From Novakomyces olei (taxonomy: Eukaryota), in NCBI GenBank assembly GCA_016906335.1, contig JADEYG010000007.1, forward strand, positions 1,798,001 through 1,862,000: a DNA stretch of 64,000 nucleotides, given 5' to 3'. How positions within the stretch are numbered: the first letter of the stretch is position 1; every line of letters begins with the position of its first letter. The position numbers and the translations under genes were made by a program. The notes under the pieces were generated by a model that was not told the DNA's origin, searched no databases, and saw only the letters and a list, made by a program, of their open reading frames with translations. Positions 50,014 to 62,762 of the stretch are shown piece by piece.

Positions 50014-51197
50014 ATATAATATCTTTAATATGACATCTTTAATATAATATCTTTAATCTTTAATCTTTAATATAATATAATATGTATATATAATATAATA
50101 TGTATATATAATATATCTAATATCTAATATCTAATATATATAAAATAATATATTATAATATAATGTTTAATAATATTTCAAATGATTAATAAATTAGTTA
50201 ATCAAAGTTTTTAATTAAAGTTTTTAATTAATTTATATTAAATTGGGTAATAGAAAGTTAATGAACATATAAATATTTATATTATAATATAATATATATA
50301 TTCTATATATATTTATAGCTATAAATTATAATATATGTATTATACATACTAAATTATATTTACAAGAGATTTAATTATATTTATAAAATATTAGATTTAT
50401 TTAATATTATATTTGATTTATATTTATATTTATATTTATATTTACTTTAAATAAAAAAAAATAATTAATTTTTTTTGCACCATAAATATAGTTAACATTT
50501 ATAATATTAGTCATTTGTTTAATATTTAATTAAATTAATATATTATATTTATACTAACTATAAATCAATAAGTTTATTATTAATTATAAACACACAATAA
50601 CCTTATATATATGATACTGATAATGATAATAATAATAATAATGATAGGTGTTTAAACAAACATATATTTATATTAAATAATAAGTATGGCATAAAAATAT
50701 ATATATATATATAATTAAACTTTGATATTGCAAAGAAAGTTTAATTATTGTATTATATAATAATTAAAAACATTACATTTTTAATACCAATTTTTAATAT
50801 TTTACATCTTAATTTATTAAATATAATTATAGATTTATTTATATAACATTTACTGGGATAACCATAGAGCTTTTTTTTTCCGTTTTATCTATAGACGAAT
50901 AGTTCATTTACACTTTCGTCTCCATATTTTATTTTATGTTGTATGACCAATATAGCATTTTTTATTGTTGTTTATTCTATTCTATTGAATTTCTTATATA
51001 TATTTATATTTTATATTATTATATTCTATATCTATATTTATAGCTAAATAAATAAAGAAAAAGAGAAGAGAAGATTAGAGAAGAGACACTTTAATTTTTA
51101 TATGCTTATTATAAAACATCTTATAAATAAATATTATAACAATAATTAATTAATAATAATAATGAATTTTTATAACAAAATCAATTTTAAATGACAA
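50014..51197. other. Extremely AT-rich 1.18 kb insert flanked by the 15-bp direct repeat TACGAGTGTGAGTGC; possible NUMT
   Basis: Repeat at 49999-50013 and 51198-51212; roughly 90% AT by eye, with sharp boundaries and simple repeats. Confidence 0.7.
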
Positions 51198-51993
51198 TAC
51201 GAGTGTGAGTGCCTCCACAAAACAAACTTATGAAAATGCTTCTAAAACCAAAATCCAGCAAATCACTGGAGAATACATGTGTCGCTGAAGCAAGATTATA
51301 GGAATATGTCAAGCTTGGACGCCACAGAAAGAGAACAGGAAGGCTGGCTACAGAAAAGATGAGGAAAGGCTGGAATAGCTGGAAATTAATTGCCATATTT
51401 GCTGAAATAGAACTAGAGAATCAATAAAATTTGCATACTATTCAGCTCTAAAAAATTATTTCTGGTTCTTTTTGAACGTAAATATAATATTTTATAATTA
51501 GGGGACATATGGAGACCGTTAACAGCGAATTTAAAGCATGCATTTATACAGAGACTTCAAGAAAGTGCACCAACTTCTTGTAATGAGAAAAGATTACAAT
51601 ATAGAAACACGGGTCTTTGAAATTGACTATTGCAAAACAATATCAAAAATTACCAAATATTTTGGTTATCAAATTTAACAAAAAACATATTTGATTTCAA
51701 CATTTATCAAATTAAATGAAAAAATAATTGAACAATCAAACAGAAGAAGATGTAGAAAATTTTTGTTAAGAATAAGCAGGCATTTTTTATTTACGAGAAA
51801 CTTATGCGGAAAGGTATCAACAAATTCTGCCACTGAATGTTTGGAATTCCTACAACAAATCCTACATAGTTTCAATTTAAAAAAAAAGGGCTAGTTTTAA
51901 ATATCAAGTGGAAATTAGTATGACTTTTGACCAAAAGACTCTGATACTGACTACGCTAGCTACAGATTTGAAAGACACTTTACATCTGAAATG

Positions 51994-52171
51994 TATAGGG
52001 TATATCAAGCTTGTGCAGCAGCTGATTACTTAGAAAAAAAAATGAAGTTTACCCTGGTAATTGTGACTGTCATTGAGAAGACTATAAATAGATCTAGATA
52101 GAACTATGTTGGCCAACGAAATTGAATACAACACGTTTCAAATTAACACGTTCGAAATTATAGATTCAACA
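51994..52171 (+). mobile_element. Solo LTR family A copy 3, inserted in the RNase H remnant, TSD AAATG
   Basis: AAATG at 51989-51993 and 52172-52176; near identical to the other copies. Confidence 0.88.
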
Positions 52172-53949
52172 AAATGGAATCTTTTTGGAAAATTAAATTA
52201 TACTCTTAGCTTTTCAAGCCAAACCTTATTCCCCTTATCTGTATGCAAAGCAGAATATGCACGTGCATGTTCAGCAGCTATTATCAAATTGACAATACCA
52301 ATTTAACTACAAAAATGCTAGATCCAGATCGCTCAATTTGGTTTTGTTTTGTCAAAAGCAAGCATTCCAATGTATCATGTTTCTATAAAATCTGGGTGAA
52401 GAACGGGTTATTTTTACGGATTTGCAAAAAATGCTGATGTCTAAATAAAGCAATTTCGCAAAAAGAGGTTGTTTATCAAAAAAAAAAACGTTTGTACGGA
52501 AGTTCCTAAGTTGAATATCGCGGGCTTGTGACCGATTGTCGGAATTGTTTCAAACTTTAAAATTTCCAATGATTTTTTCTGTTTGGATAATATACCTTGT
52601 GCAACATTACATAGCGGAGAAACAACTCCCCAAGACTCATTAAAGCTTAAGCGAGAAGCTAGTTAAACAATGTCACCGAGGCAGAAACGATCGGTTAAAA
52701 CAAATACGACAGTTAGATAAAACGCTGACAGATAGCACAGATGACTATACCGTTAAATGCTTTACTAAAAGTATGTAGAGACAAAATTATACAATTAATA
52801 TAATTTTGTTATCATAAAATAGCCTCTGTCCTGAAATTATCATTGTATTATCGATCTATTTATTTCAATCTATTATATCAATATCGATGTCTACATTATT
52901 AAAAAAATGCAGTGAGACTTCGAAAAGTTTTAGTGTTCTTTACAGTCAAAGAAGTTGAACTATTTATTTGTAATCCAAATGTCTGCAGTAGTTAATTGTT
53001 TCGGGTGCAAAAACACATTTTTGCAGATCAAAATAACCCTCAAATTCTAAATAAACATTTTGAACAATTTTTGAGCACTTTTCTCCGAGTGATATGTGAT
53101 TTTGACCTATGTTTATTTAAAGCTTTGATTTGCGTGAACCTGGCCTGAAACTAATTAAATTTAAATCACAATTTATTTTCAGATTGAACTTCCTAAAATA
53201 ATGGTATTAAACCAGCAAGAATACAAAGAAAAAAACGGTCGGTCCACATATTTATTCACATTATTTGTTTTAGCATTAATCAATTTCATTTTAGCAATAG
53301 CGGCTTACAACAACTTACTGGCGAAACTATAAAGATAAAGAATGTGTCAAGCTTGGACGTGACAAAAACAAAGCAAGATGACTGGATACTAAGAAAAGAT
53401 GGAGAATGGTTGGAATGACGGGTACCAAAAGCAAGAGGCTTGCACCATCAAACTGTGTCTCAGTGGCTATTATTAAAACAAAAACTAGTACAGCATTGGT
53501 ACAATTACAAAAGAAGCTAATAGAAATACAGCATTGATCTTTTCAAACAAGCCAATTCGAAATTTCTAAAAAACCAATCTAAAATGCAGCTAACTCAAAC
53601 GAAACGACTATCTTCATTGGAGAAATATTTTTCTTTATAAACAATTAGTTTAGCCTTATTTCGACATCCTTGGAGTCTCTATACCATCAAATGATATAAA
53701 AGCTCTGTTTCTACTAATACATATTTCAAATTATAGCAAATATATAGTCAAGACACACATGTATTCCTCAAAAGCCAATATGTCACTTATCTGCATGTAA
53801 ACTTCAATATTGCTTCAGCATGTGTTAGCATTATTCATAATGGAAGTGATTCCAATCAGAACGCAGTATCAAGGCATATCATAAGCAGACTCAACATAAT
53901 CAAATTATATAGCTTTCCGTTAAAATTTGGTATATTAGCATATAACTGG

Positions 53950-55150
53950 TATAGTCAAACTAAAACTATTGGTTCAAATATGCATCATCTATAGCCTTAA
54001 ATGAAATAAATTCAACAAGATTAATTTTTCAAGCCCCAATAGTTCATTTTAAAACACTATTTAGTCTCGTATCTTGACATTTAAAAGAAAATTTCTTTGG
54101 TCAAATTTGAGACTCACCTCTAGAAATAATAGAAAGATAATTTCTATTGGAATCATTTATGTCTAATTTGCGCACACATTGAGAAGACAACCTTTGCATT
54201 TTAAAACTGATGAGTCCTAACGTCATACTTTATTTACAAAGAGCCCCACTATTATGCTCATTTAAAGCTAAATATCTTTATTTGTAATTGATTCCGGCCT
54301 AATTAATGACTTGTTCACTCGTTACTAAAAACATTCATCATGATACTACGCCCAGCATTCGAAAAATCACAAGTATTAGGACATTCACGTACCTTTGAAT
54401 TATAGCAATTTTTGTGGAAAAAATTTAACGGCCAACCATAACGTTTGTTGTATTCTTTGTATGCTCATAAACCAAAACTCTATGATTATCCGTTAAGGTA
54501 ATCTACGATTATAAGACATACCATGATTGGTATTTTGTATACTGGCAGCTTACTTATTAAACAGTTTCGCATTCAGCTCTATTAGCGAAACATACAAATA
54601 CCTCATACAGTAAATAACAATTAGAATTAATTGTTTGCATTAAATGGATCTTCCTCTTTATGGGAAATTTCCTGCAGGATTTTTCATAATTAATATCGAT
54701 AGAAACCTCAACTTTGGAACGAGAGTTTGCATTTGATTTAATTTATTGTATCACTTGGGGGATAATTTCCAATAATTCAATATTTTCATTAATGGTCATT
54801 ATTACTTTACTATAAATACACATAGATCTATAAATATAATACTGACGAATCCCGTATTTTTATTCTGCATGAATTTGAATCCCTGAAACATAAATCAGAT
54901 TGTGATTGAAATGTTCTAATAACCTCGTCTAAATTTGCAATGATAGTTTATTGTACTCTAACGTGTTTTCTTTTTTTCCGTTGTTTTCTTCAAACGATAT
55001 AATGTCAGCCATAATCGGCCAATGTGATTTTCCAAATATAATTAAACATATCGCGTCCATGAGCAAAAATAGATAATCTATCTACCACACGAGAATAATG
55101 GTACACTGTACGGGCTTCTTGATAAGTATTATATTAATTTTATGATGTGA
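53950..55150 (-). pseudogene. Probable heavily decayed non-LTR retrotransposon (LINE endonuclease end plus RT start)
   Basis: Frameshifted motifs in LINE order: R-IDYLF (~55075), SHWPIMADI (~55015), DPFNANN (~54645), TDN (~54490), QGC-like (~54190). Confidence 0.45.
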
Positions 55151-56496
55151 CTGGCCAGAAACTGTTTTAGTTTGTCGTAGACTTTTTCACATTGTATAGT
55201 ATTATACAAAAATTTTTGACTTTGAATTACCAATATAATTAATTATAATATGGTTGATAGATACAAAATAAGAATGCTTTCCGAAATAGTTACAGAAGAA
55301 CCGTAGCAGAAACTTCTTAGATGAATAGTATAGCATTTGGTGATCAAATATATCATATCGATAAATCAAATTGGCACAGACCAATTCAATTATCTTCACC
55401 AATTATCTTCTGAGTCATCTAAATCAAGAAAGAAAATATGAATTTAATTTTTTTGAATCCTGAAACTATATTTTGGATGAGAGTGACTAGTCTCTGATGA
55501 TATCGGTTGCAACTGAACTTAAGTGAGCACAAACATAAGAATGAAACAATTTATAAACAAAGACGGACCAGCTAGGGCGTTCTTACACTTAATTCATTCA
55601 TCCACAGCTTAGAATTGAAAGCACTAAACCATATCTATTTAATTTTACGGCCACAATTTTACAAGAGTTTTTTCTTGCTTCACTTATTTAGAAACGATAT
55701 CAACACCGTAACCTACTCATAACATGTGATGTAACACTTTCCAACTGTCAGGGTTGCGCAAAGTCCTTTGGTACGTTAGCCATAATTGAATTTGTATCTC
55801 AAATTCACAATTATCTCGAGAAATTATAAACGAATACGTCAAAATTATCATCGTGAGGCAAAACGTACGATTGGCCAATATGAGCAATCAGCTTATTTTA
55901 AGCTTAATTTCAATGTGAGCTACTGCTTAAAAATATCTTGAAAGTAGACCAGAGAAATATTGAAATTTTAAATTGGAATTGATGCATTACGATTAGAACC
56001 ACTTTATAATATAAATCAACCAAAGCTACTAACCTAAAAATATAGCATAAATGCAATGCCTTGGTTTCACATACAATATGAAATCCATTTCATTCAATCA
56101 AGACGCTAAATATTCTATTGAAAAAATACTCGGGATTTTGTAACGTAATTTTTGTTGTATGGGTTCATGATTATGATTGTGTACCTTGTCAGCTTTTCTC
56201 TTCATGTTTTCGTCACGGCATTTCAAGCATAATCTCTGTTACTTCATAATTTTAATATGTTTTCTTTTAATAATCCAAAAAGAACGACTATCTGTGTAAT
56301 TCAGATCGACTCAGAGAGAAAGCTTACGGCCTCTTGCGCTTGCAGCGTTCGTAGCTATGATTTTAATTAAATTTAGGGTATATATGGTTCATACGCCGTG
56401 CCAATCAACAACACTGGTGCTCTTCAGACTGGAGATAGCGGTTGAAAATGAAAACGTGAGCATGCGCCAATAAATTGATTGGTAAATCAAAAAATA

Positions 56497-58462
56497 CTAG
56501 GCTATGGAAAATGTGGCTGACTTAATGACAACAAACTCGTCTATGCCGTATTTGGAGCCTTCACGACCCAATCCGCTCTCTTTCACACCACCGAAGGGAG
56601 CGGAGACGCTCGATATCATACCAGTGTTGACACCGACCATTCCGACCTCAAGATTTTCTTGTAGACGCCAAGCACGTTTTACATCTCGTGTAAAAACATA
56701 CCCTGCCAAGCCAACATCAGAATCGTTTGCCAGTTCGACGACTTCATCTTCAGTTGAAAATTTCCAAAGCGCAGCAATTGGACCAAACGTCTCTTCGTGA
56801 GCTATAGCCATTTTTTGATTCATTCCTGTGATTACAGTTGGTTCAAAAAAATTGTTGCCAATCGAGGATTTTTTGCCGCCAATGTTCAAGACTCCACCAT
56901 GCTTCAAAGCGTCTTCAACATGCGATGAAACTTTCTGTAATGCGCGATCATGGATCAGCGGTCCGTGTGTAACACCTTCTTGGAAACCATCTCCCAATTT
57001 GAATCCTTTCACTTTCTCAACAAGAGCGTTTGCAAATTTTTCATATATTCCTTCTTGGACAAATATACGATTGGCGCAAACGCTATTAAATAAAGAGAGG
57101 CAATGTTAGAAGTCGATATCAAATACTAATGTCATACCATGTCTGACCGGATCCGCGAAATTTACACGATATTGCGCCATTCACGGCCTCTTCAAGATCG
57201 GCATCGTCAAACACAATAAAGGGTGCATTGCCTCCGAGCTCTAGTGATACTTTCTTTATTGTGCCCGCACTTTGGGCCATCAAGATCTTGCCAACACGCG
57301 TCTTGCAGAAAGAATTAGTAAGTATTCTTAATGATTTCCTCAATATTACCGAGCCCGTAAAAGAAATCTTTCGTACTACAGGATTAGATGTGAGTTCTTC
57401 TCCGATAAGTGGGCCATTCTCAAGACCAGCAGTTACGACATTAATAACGCCTTTTGGAATTCCCGCCTGCTCTGCTATTTTGACAAAAGCCAGACATGTA
57501 AGAGGTGTGTATGAATCTGGCTTAATAACGACAGTGCAACCAGCAGCGAGTGCCTTGGTGCATCAGTAAGTTTGGCATTCCAATTTTCAATGATAATCAT
57601 ATTATGAGTAGTAATTTTTTGCATTTGTTTTTATTCAGTTGTTTTTTGATTTACCATAGTGACTTACCGCGCCAACTTTTCTTGTGATCATAGCAATAGG
57701 AAAATTGAAAGGCGTAATGATTCCACACTAGTTCGTTAATATAAAACTAGCCAGAGAGTGAATCCTTAGTTTCTTACCACTCCAACAGGTTGTTTGGTGA
57801 CAACGACTCGATTCGTTATGTTTTCTGTGATAATTGTATCACCGTAAATTCGAGGTGCTTCCTCAGAAAACCACTCTAAAAACGAGGCTCCGTAGGCGAC
57901 CTCTCCCTTGCTCTCGGTGAAGGGCTTGCCATTCTCTGCGGTTATGATAGCCGCCAGTTCCGATTGTTGCGTCATAGACATGTCAAACAAGCGACGCAAA
58001 TGTCTTGAGCGTTCGCGAGGGCTCGTGTTTTTCCAAGAATTAAACGCATTTTTAGCAGCCACAATGGCCTCCTTGGTCTCTGCAGCTCCCATGTCTGGCA
58101 CATGCGCCAACACTTTTCCCGTTGACGGGTCTTTGAATTAGCACTTCCAGCTTAATGAATAAATGATAAATAGATGCGAAACTAATTGAATTGGACAATT
58201 GAAGTCAGATTGGAACGTTATCGTAGACGAAAGGGGTACGAACAAGCCTACTTGTAACGGCAAATGATTTTTTCGACAAGGCATCGCGCCATTCACCATT
58301 GATATAGCCCTTGTCGGCGGGGATGTTCAAGGTAGATGCCATTCTATATTTCCTCTGCAATTTATGCGATAAGTGAAAATAGAGTGAAGGTGATGCCGGA
58401 TTTTCTCGTAATACTCTTGCAGCCCGGAATGACAATGGATGCCGAAATATTTTAGCTGCCAT
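56497..58462 (-). CDS. UGA2: Succinate-semialdehyde dehydrogenase (NAD(P)+), multi-intron
   Basis: ENGKPFTESKGEV, EWFSEEAPRIYGD, ISFTGS, LELGGNAPFIVF, KFRGSGQT, EETFGP, PFGGVKESGLGREGSKYG. Confidence 0.92.
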
Positions 58463-58905
58463 GGTGGGCGCCTTTTTTATGTACTCTGTATCCCCCTACT
58501 GAACAGTTTTAGCGCGGGGTCGATTGCTTAATTGTGCCGTAGCGGTAAATATCAATAATTAAGAAAAATAAGATTACAGTATCAAGTGTTGAGAGTAATA
58601 TTGCATGCATTATTTCGTCATACTAATATGCTTTATGTCTCCGTTTGACAATGTATCTTAATGTAATCCATCCCCACCTCTTATCATCTGCCTATTATAA
58701 TGGTTTAATACATGCTTTATCTACTTAACAATGAAACGTAATATTAACATAACATTGTACTAAGACCCAGTCTCTCATAGGTACGTACATAGATCCAAAT
58801 AGTACAGTACACGAGTATACGCACTTTCTCTTGGTTCTAGGCGAACACCAAGATAAACTGGTCTTTTCTACATCAGTGGAAGCTCTACTTGGTTTTCCAG
58901 TTCCG

Positions 58906-60080
58906 CTAAACCCACTCAACCTTCCATCCAAGGGCTTCGCCAGCCATGAATGAACGCACTTGCAAGTCATCTAGACCCCAGACCTCTTGCACTTTGTCCG
59001 TTGTTCGCACCAGCCTTATACGTTCCGGAGATGTTGCCTCTGTAATACCGTAAAATTCGCGGCCAAAACGCGACGAAAAATCTTCAAGACGATCGAGTTT
59101 GTTCCGCGAGTCAAATGCCTTGGCTAGTAAAGGCAAAGCGATTGGCTGTGTAAAGCATCCAGCCGCCGTCCGTAGGCCTCCCCGTTTTGCGGAAATGGGA
59201 TGTGGGGCACTGTCACTGCCAAAGAAGAATTTTTTATTTCCGCTTGTAGCAGCATCAAGCAATGCTTCACGATCAGAGGGCAGCTTCGCCACCGGCTTGC
59301 AAAATGAGAAAGGATCGTCACACCAGTGGTTGATGGTAAGGAATAAATGGTGGGCCGTAATTGTCCCTGCTACAGTGTCGCCGCACGCTAGAACTGTGTT
59401 AATGGCATCCTTCGTACTGCAATGCTCTAAAACGATGCGTAGCTTAGGAAATTTAGAATGCAACTCGAGCAAAGTAGGCAGGAATGCCGACTCTGCCGAC
59501 ATTACAGTGTTTTGTGATCCATGGGACGGCGGAACTTCGCCATGAATATTAAGCACCAAGCCGTGCTCTTCCATTGCTTTGAAAGTCGGATAGAAAGGCT
59601 CGTAACTTTCAATACCACCTTCAGAATTGGTTGTCGCGCCTGTTGGCCTTTAGCATGATCCTTGTTCTATACACGAACCTTTTGGGTATGATTTAACACC
59701 GCTAACTCCAGCAGCTTTAGCCTCTTTTATAACTTGCGGGGTAATTTCTGGCGACAAATAAAGCGTCACTAAGAATTGCACATGGGGTTCGAATGCTTCG
59801 AGCTCCGTTTTGTACTCCACCGCCCGTTGCACGCTCGTAATTGGTGGGACTAAATTCGGCTTTCAAACGCGCAAATCAGTATAATTCTTTTGTTTTTATA
59901 ATTTGGAAATAAAGAGCGTCAAAATTCAAATACCATGACATAAGCCAGCGAGCACCCTCCCTTGCGCACCGTCGGAGCGACAATCTCGGTCATCTCGCCC
60001 TGTCGAAGATGCACATGGAAATCCGCACCAGGCGAAATTTCAAGGCTATCAGGCGCCTTACTCGATACTTCAGTTTTCAT
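58906..60080 (-). CDS. URA4: Dihydroorotase (type II); introns about 59932-59860 and 59678-59640
   Basis: ADFHVHLRQG, VMPNLVPPIT, GVKSYP, LNIHGE, VLEHC, TITAHHL, FCKPVAK, FFGSDSAPH (S. cerevisiae naming). Confidence 0.95.
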
Positions 60081-60875
60081 ATCGAACGATTCGCGCACTA
60101 AAAAATCGTAAAATCACCAGTTCAAACCTCAATCACCCTTCAGATTTGGTGCACTAAAGCCGAGCAAGATATAAAAAAGTGCAGCATCAAGATTATTGGC
60201 TGCGATTCTTGATATGAATTGAAATGAAATATAATGCAAGGTCAATCAATTACTGGTAATATATAACCATAAAAAATAAATTTAATACCTACCACATTAA
60301 TCCCCCGCGCTTCTGTATGAAAATCTTAATATCATATTAATTCTTGGTTATGAAGAAAAAAGAGGTAAAAAAGTTAATATAATAAAAGACACATTCATTC
60401 TAGCGACTGTTTTGTGCTGCTAACGCTGACACGTATATTTATGTAGTTGCTTTGGTGTCGCCACGTGGTGTAGGCCATCTGGACTCATACACCGATGAAC
60501 CCACACTGTATAGAGTTAAATGCATCTTGAACGCATCAGATTGAGGTCGATTCGCTCATGATTTCCTTGTGTTACTTGTTACAAAATCTACTCTTCCCCA
60601 AGTTTTTTAAGCCTACCAATACCAATAATCAAATATTAAAATGCCCCAACGTTTGCGCTATAATTGTAAATCAAAAGTGCATTTGCCATACTGATCACCA
60701 TAGTCTCGGGATTTGAATGAACAGTTTTGATACGTACATCATATCCGTAAGTGGACGTAATATCTAGCCGAATACGCGTTATATAGTTACAACAGTATAG
60801 ATTAATACCAAACTAAATCTGATCCTTCGAAGGATATGCATGCAAGAACGCTAGAAAAAAAGCACAACTCATCCG

Positions 60876-62762
60876 CTAAATGCTCTGATAAATAGTGGGC
60901 GACTGTCTGTATTTATTCATATACAAAGACGAGTCAGGTATCCTTAATGCTAATTGCTGCCAACGAGTGCGGCACTGCCGCTGGCTTCTGCTACCATTCA
61001 TGTCTCGTGAAACGCGAATCCAAGACAATCCATATTTGGCAACAGCAGCACATAGTTTCTCATCTTCGGCATCAGACCAGCGACCTTTACTGAGGTTCGG
61101 GTCCAGCTTCTCCGTGTATCGGGCTATTATTTGAGCCCTTGTCCTAGGGCATGGCATCCTGGCAGCTACCCATGCCCAATCTATTGCCAAGGGTCCTCTT
61201 TTATCATTAGGCTTTGTCCCAGTCGTGTTACTCTCGTCTCTCTCGCAAGCCTGCAGTGCTTCTTCAACCAAAGAGATAAGCATCGCATCCTCAAGTTTGG
61301 TCCAACGTCCCTTCGTGCTTTTTTGTGCACTTATTTCCTTGAGTTCTTCGTCGTCGTCTTCTTCGTCATCACGTACATTGTGAGCAAAATTAAAGGGTTT
61401 TTGGTCGTGAAAATAAGCTGAAGAGGCAAAGTCCATTGAGTCACCACTAAACCCATAGTTATCGATGCTTTCTTGGTGTTTTCGTGCTGCTGCCAAATGT
61501 GGTGAATGCACTTTATTATCCCCTTGTAATCGACGCTCATCAATCAAGCTATGTTTCGAGATATTAGCGTCCATGACGTCGCATTTATCAGTACTCAAGT
61601 CATATTGATTGGTTTCATCGCTATAACTTTCCGCGTATATGTCCTCAGTCGCACTTTCATCTGACTTCGCGCTGTCTTGCTCGGACACCATCGTGAACGT
61701 TGGGAAATACGATGTAAAAGCGGAGCTTTGGGGAGGATATGGCGTCCTTTCGCTCGGAGTGTAAGGCGTCATTATTATAGGGTCCGCGTCACCAGAAGTC
61801 CCTATCAGATCAGGTTTTTCTTTACTGTCTGCGCTGTAATCTTTTCCCTTGGAATACTTAATCTTGCTTTTGTCCCGTGTTGGTTCTTGCCGAATGCTTG
61901 CAGATACAGATGCGGAAGAAGTATTGGCTTCTGACCCTGTATGCGGCTTTTGCCTATTCATACTTTTGGATGGCATTGTAAGCGTCCATCTGGGTTGTGT
62001 TCTATTGTACACTGCGTACGGAAAGGTTCCATTGACGGCATACGACGTCTGATTAGGGTATGCGCATACTCGGCTGTTGCGTATCGAAGGAGCTGAGTAG
62101 GGAATTTTTCTTTGTGAATGAGGTTTTTCGTCTCCGAGGAAATGAAGTCCTAAACCCACATTTTCTGGAGGACATTGGTTTGCCGTTTCGCGGCCTTTGT
62201 CTTCAGGAACGGCTGAGAAATGCTGGTTATAATTTATCGTCCATTCATGTGAAGGTGACAGGTTGTGCTGGCTTTCTGTGCCAGGGTTAGAGTATTGCTG
62301 ATTGATATCATGAAATTGAAGGCAGGTATGAGCCGGAGAATGTGTGGTCTTTTCGCCAAACGCCTGTTTGTTGTAATTGTTACTGACAAATTCGGCAAAC
62401 GAACGACTATCAGAAATGCGATTGTGTAGCCCTTCCGGTTTGAAGGCGTCTAATGAAGGAGAAACGTTTCCAGTTCCGTATTCTAGTGCCGAAGAATCGT
62501 GAGTATGGCTGTCTGTATCGTTTGAAACTTGTTCGCTATAATAAGGATGTAATTTATAGTGAGTATTTGTATTAAAGAACCCTGAACATGACGGCTGTTC
62601 TCGTTGCAGATGGATTCCTGAAGCGCAAGCGTAAGAGTCATCAGATTCGGGGTATCCCATGTGACCTGCAAATTCTAAATCACCAAGATATTTATCATGC
62701 TCGTGCTCCGCCGCATATGAATAGCACGGGTATTGAAATGGTGACTGTCCTGGCGTTAACAT
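60876..62762 (-). CDS. Myb/SANT-domain transcription factor with C-terminal repeats
   Basis: KGRWTKLED...W..VA.RM..RT..Q...RY and KGRWSDAEDEKL..AV.KYG.SW..V...M..RS..QCR.RW. Confidence 0.82.
   Translation of the reverse strand: MLTPGQSPFQYPCYSYAAEHEHDKYLGDLEFAGHMGYPESDDSYACASGIHLQREQPSCSGFFNTNTHYKLHPYYSEQVSNDTDSHTHDSSALEYGTGNVSPSLDAFKPEGLHNRISDSRSFAEFVSNNYNKQAFGEKTTHSPAHTCLQFHDINQQYSNPGTESQHNLSPSHEWTINYNQHFSAVPEDKGRETANQCPPENVGLGLHFLGDEKPHSQRKIPYSAPSIRNSRVCAYPNQTSYAVNGTFPYAVYNRTQPRWTLTMPSKSMNRQKPHTGSEANTSSASVSASIRQEPTRDKSKIKYSKGKDYSADSKEKPDLIGTSGDADPIIMTPYTPSERTPYPPQSSAFTSYFPTFTMVSEQDSAKSDESATEDIYAESYSDETNQYDLSTDKCDVMDANISKHSLIDERRLQGDNKVHSPHLAAARKHQESIDNYGFSGDSMDFASSAYFHDQKPFNFAHNVRDDEEDDDEELKEISAQKSTKGRWTKLEDAMLISLVEEALQACERDESNTTGTKPNDKRGPLAIDWAWVAARMPCPRTRAQIIARYTEKLDPNLSKGRWSDAEDEKLCAAVAKYGLSWIRVSRDMNGSRSQRQCRTRWQQLALRIPDSSLYMNKYRQSPTIYQSI

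Larger units (their letters stand above)
48600..52560 (+). pseudogene. Second decayed Ty1/copia pol (integrase-RT-RNase H), interrupted by later insertions
   Basis: LLVDDYHK, PYTPKQNGIAE, GRKWVFKIKRD...VRLVAQG (ends about 49895); resumes with SDTDYAS and LSVCKAEY (RNase H) near 51940-52260. Confidence 0.8.

Noticed and set aside
50240-51110. Mitochondrial rnpB, rRNA or group I/II intron within the AT island
   Set aside because: Only weak partial matches (AGAAAGTT, GCTTAT, GGGATAAC); not supportable in such AT-rich DNA
46422-52171. Inverted pair of 180 bp repeats as TIRs of a 5.7 kb DNA transposon
   Set aside because: Each copy has its own distinct 5-bp TSD, so they are independent insertions
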